The notes under the pieces are model-generated. The model ran no database searches, was not told the DNA's origin, and was given only the letters and a program-made list of their open reading frames with translations. Positions 13,653 to 26,489 of a stretch of DNA of 64,000 nt are shown here, piece by piece. The DNA is taken from contig NW_026864466.1 in NCBI RefSeq assembly GCF_026571515.1, positions 1 to 64,000 on the forward strand, written 5' to 3'. The position numbers and the translations under genes were made by a program. This DNA is from Ruditapes philippinarum (lineage: Eukaryota). Position 1 is the stretch's first letter. Each line of letters starts with the position of its first letter.

Positions 13653-15316
13653 TTTTTAGCTCACCTGAGCTTGCTCAGGGTGAGCTTTTAGGATCGATGA
13701 ATGTCCGTCGTCCGTCGTCCGTCCGGCCGTCCACAATTGCTTGTGAACACTCTAGCGGTCGCATTTTTTGCCTCAATCATCATCAAAACTTGGTCAGGAT
13801 GCTTATCTAGTTGAAAGCTCGGATGAGTTCGAACATGGGTCATCTCAGATGAAAAAACTAGGTCACAAGAGCTAAAAATAGAAAAACCTTGTGAACACTC
13901 TAGAGGTCACATTTTTGACCCAATCTTCATCAAACTTGGTCAGGATGTTTGTCTAGGTGATAGCTCGGATGAGTTCGAACATGGGTCATCTCGGATGAAA
14001 AAGTAGGTCACAGGAGCTATAAATAGAAAAACCTTGTGAACACTCTAGTGGTCACATTTTTGAACCAATCATCATCAAACTTGGTCAGAATGCTTGTCTA
14101 GTCAATTGCTTGGATGAGTTCGAACATGGGTCATCTCTGATGAAAAACTAGGTCAACAGGAGCTAAAAAAATAGAAAAACCTTGTGACCACTCTAGTGGT
14201 CACATTTTTGACCCAATCATCATCAAACTTTGTCAGGATGCTTGTTTAGATAATAGCTCGGATGAGTTCGAATATGGGTCATCTCGGATGAAAAACTAGG
14301 TCACCGGAGCTATAAATAGAAAAACCTTGTTAACACTCTAGCGGTCACATTTTTTGCATCAATCATCATCAAACTTGGTCAGGATGCTTATCTAGTTGAT
14401 AGCTTGGATGAGTTCGAACATGGGTCATCTCGGATGAAAAAGTAGGTCACCGGAGCCTAAAAATAAAAAACTTGTTAACACTTTAGCGGTCACATTTTTG
14501 CATCAATCATCATCAAACTTGATCAAGATGCTTGTCTAGGTAATAACTCGGATGAGTTCGAACATGGGTCATCTCGGATGAAAAACTAGGTCACAGGAGC
14601 TAAAATATAAAAAACCTTGTTAACACTCTAGTGGTCACAATTTTGACTCAATTGTCATCAAACTTGGTCAGAAGCTTGTCTAGGTCATTGCTGGGAATAA
14701 ATCGAACATGGGACATCTCGGATGAAAAAACTAGGTCACAGAAGCTAAAAATAGAAAAATCTTGTTAAACACTCTAGTGGCTACTGTTGTGATCCAAATA
14801 TTCTGTTAATTGGTCTGAAAGTTTGTTTTGATGATTTCTAAGTCAAGATCGAACATGGGTCATCTTGGATGAAAAACTAGGTCACACCGCCCAAATATGG
14901 AAAAACCTTGTTAAGCATTCTAGTGGTCACATTTTCGACTCCATTATCATCAAACTTGGTCAGAATGCTTGTCTAGGTAATTGCTTGGATGAGTTCGAAA
15001 ATCGCATGTGAAACTAGGTCACCGGAGCTAAAATAGAAAAAATCTTGTTAACACTCTAGTTGCTACTGTTTTGATCCAAGTATCCTGGAAATTGTCTGAA
15101 AGTTTGTTTGATGATTTCTAGGTCAAGTTGAATATGTGTCACCTGGGTAAAAACTAGGTCGCACTGCTCAAATATGGATAATCCTTGTTAACACTGTAGT
15201 GGTCACATTTTTGACTCACCTGTCATGAGACTTGGTCAGAATGCTTGTCTAGGTAATTGTTTGGATGAGTTTGATAATTCAGGTGAGCGATCTAGGGCCA
15301 TCATGGCCCTCTTGTT
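13653..15316 (+). mobile_element. HINE/pearl-type non-autonomous Helentron with ~11 central tandem repeats of ~145 bp
   Basis: 5' TTTTT-AGCTCACCTGAGC with adjacent inverted copy CTCAGGGTGAGCT; (GTCC/GTC)n microsatellite; repeat unit starting 'cttgtgaacactctag' at ~13740, 13888, 14032, 14180, 14325, 14471, 14615, 14761, 14907, 15044, 15184; 3' subTIR TCAGGTGAGCG, palindrome AGGGCCATcATGGCCCT, and CTTGTT end. Confidence 0.9.
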
Positions 15317-16659
15317 AAAAGGTCCCTTCTTTAAGTTCATTTGAAAGGGGAATAATTTGGTGGAATTTTAGACAGGGAAACAGGCAGTTATCTTTCATGG
15401 CTAGGGAATATGGCCGACTGAAATCATGCATGCAAGTTTGTAAGTGAAATGTAGTATAAATTCATAGACATTTCGGAGTTAGTTTAAGGTAAAAATTAGA
15501 AAATCATATAAAAATAGCTTTTAACAGAAACTCAAAAGATGTCTACATAGCTTTATGGCCAAGATTGCCCAAAAAGGGTACAGAAAGACGATTTTTTAAG
15601 AATTCCCCCTTACGATTACGGACCTGACATTGAAATTATTGTTGTAAAAATGTTGAAATATCATATATATTAGCAAATATAGAAGTCAATTTAATTTTGT
15701 TGAAATCGTCCATATAAAAACTATTTTATTAAAACGCTATAATATATATACATTTTATATAAATTTTATAACACTTTAAAATCGAGGTTAATTAGTCATT
15801 CTGAAAACACGTGTAATGTTAGTAATGCATTTTAGTTTTCGGTTTAGCTTAATTTAATCATTTATCCGACTTGACTGAGATGCCAAAAAAGAAAAAAATA
15901 TTAGTCACATATATATTTAAATAAATTTTTAAACTCTTGAGAACTTAAGATGGGGTGCGTGGAATAACACACATTTTGTCCGGTTCCTTGTAACACAAGT
16001 CATGGAAATGCAAGTCACGTACACTATTGTCACTTCACAAAATCAATAAACATTGATGAGATTGCGTGTATAAACGAAAGTTACTTAAATTACGATTTAA
16101 TCATTTCATAAAGAAATTCACTATGTCATGTTACTAAAACCACCCGGTTAGAATGATAAACTAGCTGCAAATTAACACCGGTCACGTGCAACCTGCTTGA
16201 CACTTACCGCCTTGCCAAATCCACTTTCAAAGTAATATCAATAGTGTAATATTATGTAATACATGGGTAATAAAATGTGATCTTTTAACTTCCTGCTGTT
16301 TTAATTTTAAAATATTGATGAAAAAAGTCACCTAATGATACCTTGAACAGAGGACTTTTGGACGTTTGGTCGTTAAATTATAAGTCCCGCTAATTTTGTG
16401 TATCTGTTATAAATATCAATTCACGTTTTAAGTACTTAACGCTTCAATTCATCCCAAAATTTCTTTTTTCTGGGTGCCCTACGCCGAATGCGCATGCGCG
16501 AAATGCAACATACGTTGCTATGAAAAATCGTACTGTAAAAAGGTCTATATGTATAACGATATATTCTTAAATAGCAAGGCGTGTTATCTGAGTTAATTTG
16601 ATCAGTGACTGTAATAGCATGTAAAAAATATTGATTAAAGTAAAAAAGCATTGCGCTAC

Positions 16660-17629
16660 CATAAGAATGTTGAAGTAAATCAGGAAATTGGCTGTCTGCC
16701 ACTTTCGTTAACATTCAAAAGCTTCTGTCCATTCGTGTGTAAAATTCTTGATAGTTCTCCCCAAGTCTTGTTGGACGGTTAATGTCACTTAACTCTTGGA
16801 TGTTTGCGTTTTTCGATGCGATGACTAATGTCACTTAACTCTTGGATGTTTGCGTTTTTCGATGACTGGCTAAGACTGAAAAGTAAAATACAACGTTAGG
16901 TAAAAAACACATTTTGTGTAAATAACAGAATTCAGACTTTTGTTACAGTCAACAATATAGGGACAACCATAAAGAAGCGTTTTGCTGCATTTCTTATGTA
17001 AATTTAATCCCTATTAAATTGAATCGAATAATGAAAAAATTAGGTGAAATATCTTCTGCGCTTTCTGTCCGCTTAATTAGAACTTTTGATGCTTGTGGGA
17101 AAAATGAATTCGGAAAACTTTGAAAAACCTAGATCTAAGTAATAAAGAATTTTAATTTGATAATATAATAAAACAATTCATGTATGAAGAGATCGGTGAA
17201 AATCTATGAGTCTATGGACCTAGCAAAAGCTCATACAATGATGTACAATTGTACAATACCTTGTGTTAGAATCATCTGTTTCTTCCCCGGTTCTTGAGAG
17301 TTGATCCCTTACCGTACTTTCAGCACGTTGTAGAAGTTTGATTTGATCATTCTGTTCTTTTATCGTTTGTTGCATTTGGCGTTTGTCATTTGTCATGTGT
17401 TTTCATCAACATCTCAAAAGTATGACTTGCTTTTTCAAATACATCTTCTCGATAATCCTTTAAGCCTTTTTGGTCTCTTCTGCACTCTGAATAAACTGTG
17501 TCGTGAAGAGCTTTATATCCTTCTGTATTGCTTTTCGGCATCATTTTGTAGTTCAACTACTTTGATTCGAAGACGTTGATTTTTCTTTTCTTAGCTGGCG
17601 ACTTCAGTCGCCTTGTACTTGATATTATC
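16660..17629 (-). pseudogene. Decayed inverted fifth MIEAP-like paralogue (coiled-coil exon + core exon)
   Basis: Minus-strand exon 16875-16660 follows a strong acceptor (tattttacttttcag) and reads LS..SKNANIQELSDINRPTRLGENYQEFY/EWTEAFE...NILM|gt, with a ~46-bp internal tandem duplication and frameshifts. The upstream exon 17629-17313 is coiled-coil-like with stops and ends NVLKVR in phase 2 at a gtaagg donor. Confidence 0.82.
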
Positions 17630-20600
17630 CTAACATGTGATATAGCACATAAATTACACCTTTTTAAAGGACTTGTATACGAATTTAATTATCATGATAA
17701 CCAAGGCCACAGCATAAACTAGTTATTTGCGGACATGAACGCTTATATGCGTCAGATGATTACGTACATTAATAATATCGTCTGATATCTAAATAGCTGA
17801 AAACCGAATACAATGTCAATTGTATGTCAATACAAGACACATTAAGAGAGATAACTAACATTAATTCCCTAATTAACCTGCCGCGGTTGTGTCTTCGAAA
17901 TGTTATTTTAGGGTTGTAATTTATTATAAAAAGAAAACATTATGGTGACGAACAACATTTGTTTACCCTTTTAAGCGGAGAGTGTACATGGAAACAACAA
18001 CAGCTAGTATTTTGCAGTTTTTAAACCCGTTGTTTTCATCTTTATTTTAGATAAAAATCATGATGTCATGTTAAAAAATGTGATAGAACCTTATTTTAAT
18101 TCATGTAATTTTGAATTTTTGTATGACAAGGTATAAATATTGTTCTTTCATATCAGACAGAAATATCTACTCTTTACAACGGTGCGCGAAAAACTTGTCT
18201 TACACCGCCGTGTTAGACAAGTCACGTGCTTTAAATGACTCATTCCCGCGCGCTTTAACGAAAGAATTGCATTCTTAAGATGATGTCATGTTGCCGTTAT
18301 AATTTAAGTAAATTCATGTACAACTATAAAAAAGTGCTGAAAAAAAATGTTAGTTTTCGTTATTCCTCGTTACCGCCGTAAACAGTTACCTTCGCGCTAG
18401 ACATCTAGGTCTGTACCGGCAGCCGGTGTAGTATTATTATACAGAGTGTGCCTTAATAGTTAACTGCAATTCTAAAGATTTAATTGCGTTTAAATATATC
18501 CCTTACTTATAAACATATTCGAAGTAGATTAAAGGATCAAATACAAAATAGGTAGATTTATCTAAATATATCTATTTTTTGAACTAGTAACACACGCCAT
18601 AAAACACACAAAGCCGTCGTTTTAAATACAAAAAACAATAGTTTGTAGATTCTAATATATTTCACAAAAATAAAGAGCTATAGATCATTGAAATATTTAA
18701 TTCTTTATCATTTTCCAAGTTTTCCCGTACACGCTCTGCCAGATCCAGAACATTTGTTGTCAATAATGCAAATCTTATTTCTAGGGGCTCATGTCTTGAG
18801 TCGAGAGTGATATAAATCGCCATGGCTAGAGCACCTTTGCATCTTTCTACAATATAAAAATATAAAATGACATTCTACTTGCTTTTACATGAAAAAAAAA
18901 AAAATAAAAAAAGTAAAATTAAAAATGAAAAAAAAAAAACCATAAAATAAATAAGTAAATTAAAATAAAAAATATAATCTAATTTTAATTTTCTTTTACA
19001 GACGGAACTAATTGCATTGGAATAAACTTAAGTATCATAAGGTAAAAAAAGTTACCATTTCATTTAGACGTATCGTCGTCTTTAGTGCAGTAGCGGGTAA
19101 ACTTCTATTAATGAATATAATAAAATCGATGTAAAGCGAGAGTGAGGCGAGTATTAGTCTTAGATGAATGTAATTAGTGTATATGAAAAAACGACAACAG
19201 ATATAATATTAGTTTTATTAATGTTAAGTCCGATTCCACACAAATTTCAACTTGAAAAGTAAAGTTGCGGCTTTGTATATAATGAATATACGCTTAGTAC
19301 TATATCATTTTCAAGTTGTTTATGTGAACAGCAAGAAACTCTGTCTGACACAATCGGGCAATCTAAACTACTCTTACTCTTCTCCGAGCTATTTTTATAT
19401 TAATTACAATGTAATGCAACTTTTTACGTATGGTATAACAATAGAATATATGAATTAGTAAAATCATGCATAATTTGATTTTATTGAATAGGTGTTTTAA
19501 TGATTGTTGAAAGTCAATATAGTTTGTCAATTACTCAACTATATTTTTTGTCATTTTCCAAATTTCTTTAAACTACTTCTAGAATAACAATAGTAATAAA
19601 AGTTAATTGACTTTAACCGGATAATCATTCAATTCTAATGACTGAATTTTACTTGTTATTTACTGACCAGTTTTCGTAAATAACGCTTCACAACAACACC
19701 TTGCTGAATTTAGTATGAAAATGAGCTGATGTAAATGTTACGATATCGATATTTCTGACATTTATTGCAATTAACTTCCTAGTACAGGTATCAAGAAATA
19801 ATTTTCTAACATTTCCTAACATTACGATTCACTTACAAAAGTGTGGTCCATTAGAACATCTGGTGATGTAATTCGACAATTTGTGGTTAAGGTCAAATTG
19901 TTTATTGTAACCTGCCTGCGATTTGTTGCAAAAAAGCAGTGAAAACCGTCAATTAAATGGGAAAATTATTTTAGAAACTAACTGCATTGTTTTCGTAAGA
20001 AAATGAACTGTTTCATTACTGTCTTGGATAATTTCACAATTTAAAGAAGTGTTACCAGTCCTGTGATCAGCAGACAATTTCAGTGAAAAAGGGGTAGTCA
20101 TCTTGGGGACATTTTTCGAAACAACTGGTCGGTCAACCCTATATAACAAGATCAATATGATGCGTCTGGTATGCCATTTTTCTATGTCATTTTTCTAGAA
20201 TAATCACATTTTTAGCATGAATTCTCAATTTTAAGGTTGGTTAAGTGATCATGTCTTATAATTCAAGTCTATGGAAAAATTAATGCGTAGTCTTGGAAAA
20301 TGAAAAAAATAACAAAAAGAACATAAAAAAAAACCAACAACAATACACATGATCTGATAGGTGGAAGTCAGATTCCTTTTCACGAAACCTTTCTTTGTGT
20401 TAGAACACTTTTACATTTCAGTGGTCATGAATGACTATGATAGAACACAGCGATGCAAGTCACTCAATTTGGGCTTGCAAAACGAAATAGTCGGTATATC
20501 TGTTCAGCGTTTATTTATTAAGAGTACTATTACAACTATGTATGGAAAACATTAGTAGATTGCTGTCCTGATACGTTCAATACATGTACATCACATATCA

Positions 20601-21174
20601 TTAGTGATCTAATAGAACCTTAGCTGAAGATTTAACATGATATATTCTCCTCATCCATATTTCATCCATGAATTAGCAGACCGTTTTTAACTATCAAATT
20701 TCTATTTAAGCATAAAGTTTATCAATCATTTTCATATTATTTTGTTGTTTTAAAAGTGAAATACTCTTTTTCTTTTCATAGCATTTCCATTCCGAGGCAA
20801 CATTAAATACGTAAAGAAGACGGGTACCTATAAATTACGCCTTGCATTACAGGTATTAATATGAAAAGAAACTGTTTCATAAGTGTCTAGGATAATTTTC
20901 ATTTGGGTGTTCATTTAAAAAAGTATTATCAGTCCTGTGATCAGCAGAACGAATTCTGTCAAAGGGGCTAAAGGTTGAGTACTCAATTTTAAGGTTGTTT
21001 TGTGGTCATGTCTTAATTCAAGTCTTATATGGGAAAATTAATACAGTAATCTGGACTAATAATAGAAAAAAAGAACAACAAAAAACAACAACAAAAAGCA
21101 AAAAAAAAAAAAAAAAACAAAAAAAAAAAAACACACACACAAAAAAACCCAAAACAAAACAACATGATCTGATA

Positions 21175-22355
21175 GTAGTCAGAGAATCCAACTTATGATT
21201 TACGTTTCAATATAATCGTCCTTTACATCAATACACTTTGCCCACCTGCAGTGCCCCAACTTGTTTAACCCTTCAAAATAGATATGTCTATTTTGTCCTC
21301 TAAGAACAAGACTACCTCCATGACACCTTCATTGCTTCCAAAACGTCTACCGCTAAGCTTGGTTTTCTGTTTCGGAAAAAGGTAGAAGTCAGAGGGTCCA
21401 AGTCCGGAAAATATGGGGATGGGAAAGAATTTTAAAGCCGCCGTCAATTTGCATCAGCCATGTGTGAGCTGGCGCATTGTCGTGTAGGAGCCTGAACTGA
21501 ACGCATTGAGTCAGTTTGCCTCTCCTTTTGCGCTCGATTGCTTGACCCAGACGTCTTAATTCGTCTGCATAATACGTACCGTTTATGGTACGACCTTACT
21601 CAAGATAGTCAATCATGAGTATCCCCTGACTATCCCAAAAAACTGAAGCCATCATCTTCCCTGCTGATGGCACCCCTTGAAGTTTTTCGGAGGGTGAGCC
21701 AGGGTGCTTACCACTGCATTGCACTGTATTTTTTCTCCTTGGTGATGGACCATGTTTCATCCTGAGTTACGATCCGGTAGATAAAATCAGGTTCATCTTT
21801 TTAGCGAGACAAATGATATCTTGAAATGTCATGTCTGGTCCGGTGTTTGGTTGTCAGTCAATTGTCTTTGGTCCCATCTAGCGGAAACGTTTGATAGCCA
21901 TAGACATCAGTCAGAATTGCATAATCTGAACCAAAGCTTATACCCACTTCCCTGGCAATGCTTCGCAGGTCTCGCCTTCTGTCGCACGTGACCAGAGCGT
22001 GCACAGCTTCGGCAGTTTCATCGTTGTTGTTGGCCTCTTTTGGCCGCCTAGGCCGTTAATCATCTCTAATACTCTTCCTGCCCCTCTTAAATTCATTAGC
22101 CAATTTCTTCACAGTGCTACAGGAAGGGGACACCTTCCAAAGTATATCCATGAAGTCTTTATGATTTCCTTTTTGGACACCTCTTTGTTACAGAGGTACA
22201 CTTAATGACGGATCTGATTTCAACTTACTCCACTTGGTATAAATGACACAACCCTCAACTGATCAAAGTGTGTTTTATGTTAAATAATCTGTGTAAAACT
22301 GTCAGTAATCGGTATTGACGTATCTAGTGTTAATGTCATTATATTGTCATTGACG
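21175..22355 (-). mobile_element. Degenerate near-full-length mariner (Tc1/mariner) transposase gene
   Basis: Minus-strand fragments: SKVEIRSVIKYL, EFKRGRKSIRDD*RPRRP, VSARW, RIVTQDETW, KHPGSP, PSAGKMMASVFWDSQGILMIDYLE*GRTINGTYYADELRR, PSDFYLFPKQKTKLSGRRFGSNEGV, KCIDVKDDYIE. Multiple stops and frameshifts. Confidence 0.92.
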
Positions 22356-22360
22356 CTCTT

Positions 22361-22700
22361 AAAACAGTACAAGTGGTGAATTCACGGCTACCAGATACCT
22401 ACGTGTTCTTCTCAAATATACTCTCAGGGATAGATCAAGGGATAGAGACCTCACTTCGTATTAATGGTGTAAACAAAATGTTTTTACATTCTGGAGGGAA
22501 GTTTCACGGATCAGGAAATACATATCTGTTTTAAACCTGAGTGCTGGAGAAAAAGTGAAAATGGTAAAGAATGGATGTTGGGGAACAGGTCCATCATACA
22601 TACACCAAACATGGAGTTCGTTTTCAGAATTTCTCCTTCGGGCTGTGCTAGCTTCTTTCTGTCTAGCTATTCAACTCCTTGCAACAGTTCTTGGGGGATT
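22361..22700 (+). pseudogene. 5'-truncated, frameshifted C1q-domain pseudogene (paralogue of 1984-2681)
   Basis: Starts abruptly at 'aacagtacaagtggtgaattcacggc' (NSTSGEFTA), matches 2318-2680, and has small deletions. Confidence 0.88.
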
Positions 22701-23298
22701 ATATCTATACCTGTGATGTAGGGATATACGGATACATATCGTGGCTTTAACTATACTTCCATCTTTATGTGACAAACTGGCGAGACACAATTATCATAAC
22801 ATTTACGCAAGACAACAGTGTGGTATGCAGTACTTTAAAAAGAGACATTGTTTTTGTTTATCATTTGTATGCAGGAACAATATTATTACTGACATGAACA
22901 ATGGCTTACATCAAGGAGGTAATACTGAAGTATTTCATAAATAAAGTTTTAGCTTTGTAATGTCTCGGTTATAGTGATAGTCATTTGAACGACGATGTGC
23001 ACGTGTTTTTAAATGTTTATTTAAAGGGAACCACAAGGACGGAAAATACTTTTAACATTTGAAAGATCAAACTATAAATAGTCCAATCACGCAAAAACAA
23101 TGTAAAAACATTAACAATGTAAGCTGTACGAAATAAACAAAATTGCATAGATTTGGATATTTACGAAATACTAGGGTTCCGCCATTTTGAATATTTATCG
23201 TATTGAAAACAGATGCGCGTGACGTAATTACCGCACTTCCGGTTTCCCTTTCACGTACAAAAAATAGTAGCGGTAATTTGATATCGTTCAAGAAAAAA

Positions 23299-23659
23299 AT
23301 GGAGAGAAATAATGTTGGTCTTCTTCCGTACAATTTTGAGCCAAAATATGATTCTTCAGAGCTTCTTGAAATCCAAAATCAAATTAATGAGCAATCATTG
23401 CAACGAAATGAAGTGTACGAACTTGACGATTTTTGTACTTGTGGAAACTGTTGTATGATGATAAATCCTTGGGAAAATGTATGTTGTATTATAATGGCTC
23501 CGACCTAACGATCGGTAATCTTGATAATATGGAATGCGTTACAGAGCACCCTGCATTTGAAAGAGTGGTTCTTGATCGTACTGATCTAGAAGTGGCTTTC
23601 ATCCAAATACTGATGTTCAAACGCAGTAGAGCTGAAGCTCCTGGTGAACTCAGTAACAC
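23299..23659 (+). pseudogene. Frameshifted first exon of a P2X7 C-terminal (ballast/zinc-coordinating)-like Cys-rich protein
   Basis: MERNNVGLLPYNFEP...FCTCGNCCMMINPWENVCC, a frameshift, then ...ECVTEHPAFERVVLDRTDLEVAF...GELSN, followed by a gtaagt donor at 23660. The CxCxxC..E..CC..C.T.H..F..V.L pattern is typical of P2RX7-C-terminus-like proteins. Confidence 0.72.
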
Positions 23660-23785
23660 GTAAGTTGGATAAGTAAGTTTTAAATTCATTGTCAGTCAAA
23701 GTGGATAATTTCAAACTCAGACATACTCTTTCTTCGAATATATTAATAGTGGAGGGAGTAACAAACTAGATATAATGGGAAATCC

Positions 23786-23989
23786 TTAATTTAAGGGGAG
23801 CGGTGGCCTAGTAGTTAAGGTGTCTGCCTCTCAACCCAGAGATCATGGGTTCGAGCCCTACTCGGGTCACGACCATGTTTCTCCATATGACACCAGTACT
23901 GGTTAGTTCCAGGAAGCGGACGCGAAAGTGATTAATATAAGTTGCAAGAACTTGTTTTGCAATCGAGCTTAAATAAATATGTTTAAACC
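23786..23989 (+). mobile_element. tRNA-derived SINE with 12-bp target-site duplication
   Basis: A box TGGCCTAGTAGTT, B box GGTTCGAGCCC, non-tRNA body and AT-rich tail; flanked by AATGGGAAATCC at 23774-23785 and 23990-24001. Confidence 0.9.
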
Positions 23990-26489
23990 AATGGGAAATC
24001 CAGCAGAGTCGATTTGTTTACACAATTAAGCCTGGCACAGCGGCATATTTACTTTCGAAACACAGGTGATCCGGTCACATATCTTGACTTAAATTATAGC
24101 TACACAATAGATACACACTTTCCAAGCTATCAGTTAACAAAATGTTTCGTCAATGATTATTTCACAGTGAAATAAATGGGAAAAAATCCAGCAGAATCGA
24201 TCTGTTGTTGTTATTTTTCATAGTGCGCGATTATACCGGAAGTGGGTGTGTGACATCACATTCTCGATCTCGCGAGAATTAAATCGTTAACATGGCTGCG
24301 CCCGTATGCTCAAAAAAATAAATAAATAAACGTTCGTTTCTCTCATAAACGATTGACTTTAATACCATTTTTATCCTAAAGCTACTATTTTATATATTTT
24401 CAATAAAATAAAAGCGCTTTTATGTCAGGCATTCCTATTCCTTTTTATTAAGTTTAAATTAAATACATTATAAATATAATACATGATTTTTTTTAAATAC
24501 ATCTTGTATTGTCTTTTGTCTCAAGTTTGTATTGATGTGCACGTGTTTTTAAATGTACAACTACGGTCATATTTATGACTAAAAAAATTTACGATTTGTA
24601 TAATCAGGTCGCTTATTAATTCAAATTGTATTGCTATTGTGGCTCCCTTTCAGCATTACGTACTGATTTAAATTGTTAAGAGTTTATTTATTAGCAAATG
24701 AAGTTATTTACTACCTGTCATTGACTAAAATACATAATACATATGTAAATGTATACATTAAAATCTGTTACTATGGAAACATACTTTATAAAAAAATGTA
24801 AGTGAATAATTACTGATCTAAAAGTGAATAATATCTCTAGTATTTCGTTATCAATCTGGTGTAATTACGTTTTTGCCACCATGTTGGTCTGTATAAAGGA
24901 AACAAATAATTAAATTAATTAAATGAGAATCTATGAGATACATGTGATCACCTAATTTGACAGGGGGAAGATTGATATAAAAAAATACACTGCGGGATAA
25001 TATATGTAAACTGTGTCAACAAAATTGTAAGAGTTGTCGAACATTTGCCGTTTTGCTTTATTTAAATTTATTTCAAGCTTTATCTTCATTGAATATTCGA
25101 TCAATTAATAAATTGATATACTTCAACATCTTTATTTGACATTCTTTCCAATATATACATTAAATCTTATTATTTTTTAATATTTTCAAAACAAAATATA
25201 CGTATGCCAAGAAGAGATTTTGTAAAAAAACGAAATTGTTTCGTCATCGATTGACCTCATCTTACACCAAAACATAGTTTTAAAACCTCTTTGAAAATAT
25301 CATGATCAATAAAAAAGAATATATAATGTTAGATATCGTACTTTTAAGACACTATTTAAACAATGTACACACTTAAGGTTTTAAGATACGCACTTTATAT
25401 ATATGACATTTTGATAATACATGATATATATTTCAACAATAGAAGAATGATTTACTCCGGCTTTACAATTGATCAATGCTGTTCATATAAACCATATAAT
25501 AGAGGAGTATAAGATTTCATAAACCTATGAACGTAAATCAATGAATCAAAATATTGAATATAAAGGAAGTGTAAACTACATTTCAATAAATATGATATAA
25601 TTGCATTCCTGCTTTTATCCAGTTTTTTATGACCGTGGTTAGACAGAGAATTAAAGGGTTTCTTTGGACCATATCAATAGCACAGGGTTCGTCTGTGGCC
25701 AAGTTGTTTCTCTCATATTGGTGCGACATGAAAGAAAAATACCAATTTGGACTATCTATTGTATTAAATGAAGACTTTATTATTATATCGAAGTAGATAA
25801 TCTTTATACATGAACACATAAATTTTGATTAAGTCGAGTATTAAGTAAGACTATGTCTGTATCTATCCTCTTAATCTATTGTTGACTAATTAGGTCTTGT
25901 AAAACTAGGCCTTTATATTGTGTTTTGATATAACATATTAATCATGTAAACAAGTAAAGAGAAATAATGTTATTGGACTTAGCCAATAGCACTAGGTTTA
26001 TTTATTGAATGTTGATCAAGTGGTACAAAACATGATTTTAAGAGAGTCGTAAATTATTAAGCTAAAGTATTGATTGAAACAAGTACACACACTGATCATA
26101 GAGATTATATATTGAATTTGAATCAATATTGTTACTTTATTGTTACAATATTTCATAGAATTTTAAACGTTAATCAACTTCCGTGTCAGGTAGGAGGAAT
26201 ATGGATTTGTTATTGAAATGTTTATCACTGCTGTCGTTTAATTATTAAACCAAACAACGTCTACAATCTTTGTTGAGCGTTGTCTTTGGTATGATAACAT
26301 TTAAGATAACTTTAAAAGAAAAACGTTGATTTTACTTTCGTTTTCGCTGAAATGAATGTAACATTAAATTAACGGAGTTCAAATAGATATTTAAAGATAA
26401 GTGTATATCTTCATCAATTTATATTGATTATGTTAATAGTCACCGGCTTCTTTTTTTAATGTTAACATATATTTAAAGAGATAATTGAA

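Larger units (their letters stand above)
23021..24450 (+). mobile_element. TTAA-bounded, probably Kolobok-like DNA element carrying a Cys-rich ORF relic
   Basis: Absent from duplication copy 1. Begins TTAAAGGGAA and ends near ...TTCCTTTTTATTAA with imperfect terminal inverted similarity. The superfamily call is inferred from the TTAA/AGG termini and the cargo. Confidence 0.5.

Noticed and set aside
13740-15290. Possible CRISPR-like array
   Set aside because: Contiguous ~145-bp tandem monomers without unique spacers, inside HINE termini in eukaryotic DNA.
16436-16520. Possible next exon of the inverted paralogue
   Set aside because: Size (~81 nt) and splice-like ends fit, but no convincing peptide similarity is visible.
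19002-19041. Isolated 40-nt exon-like segment (tttacag ... aag|gtaaaa)
   Set aside because: Good splice signals, but it cannot be linked to any gene; it may be a UTR exon or chance.
20995-21198. Lys-rich ORFs (also 33213-33407 and 48711-48920)
   Set aside because: Translations of A-rich or T-rich low-complexity tracts.
23795-23870. Possible tRNA gene
   Set aside because: It has A/B boxes but no proper acceptor stem, continues into a non-tRNA body and is flanked by a 12-bp TSD, so it is a SINE head.
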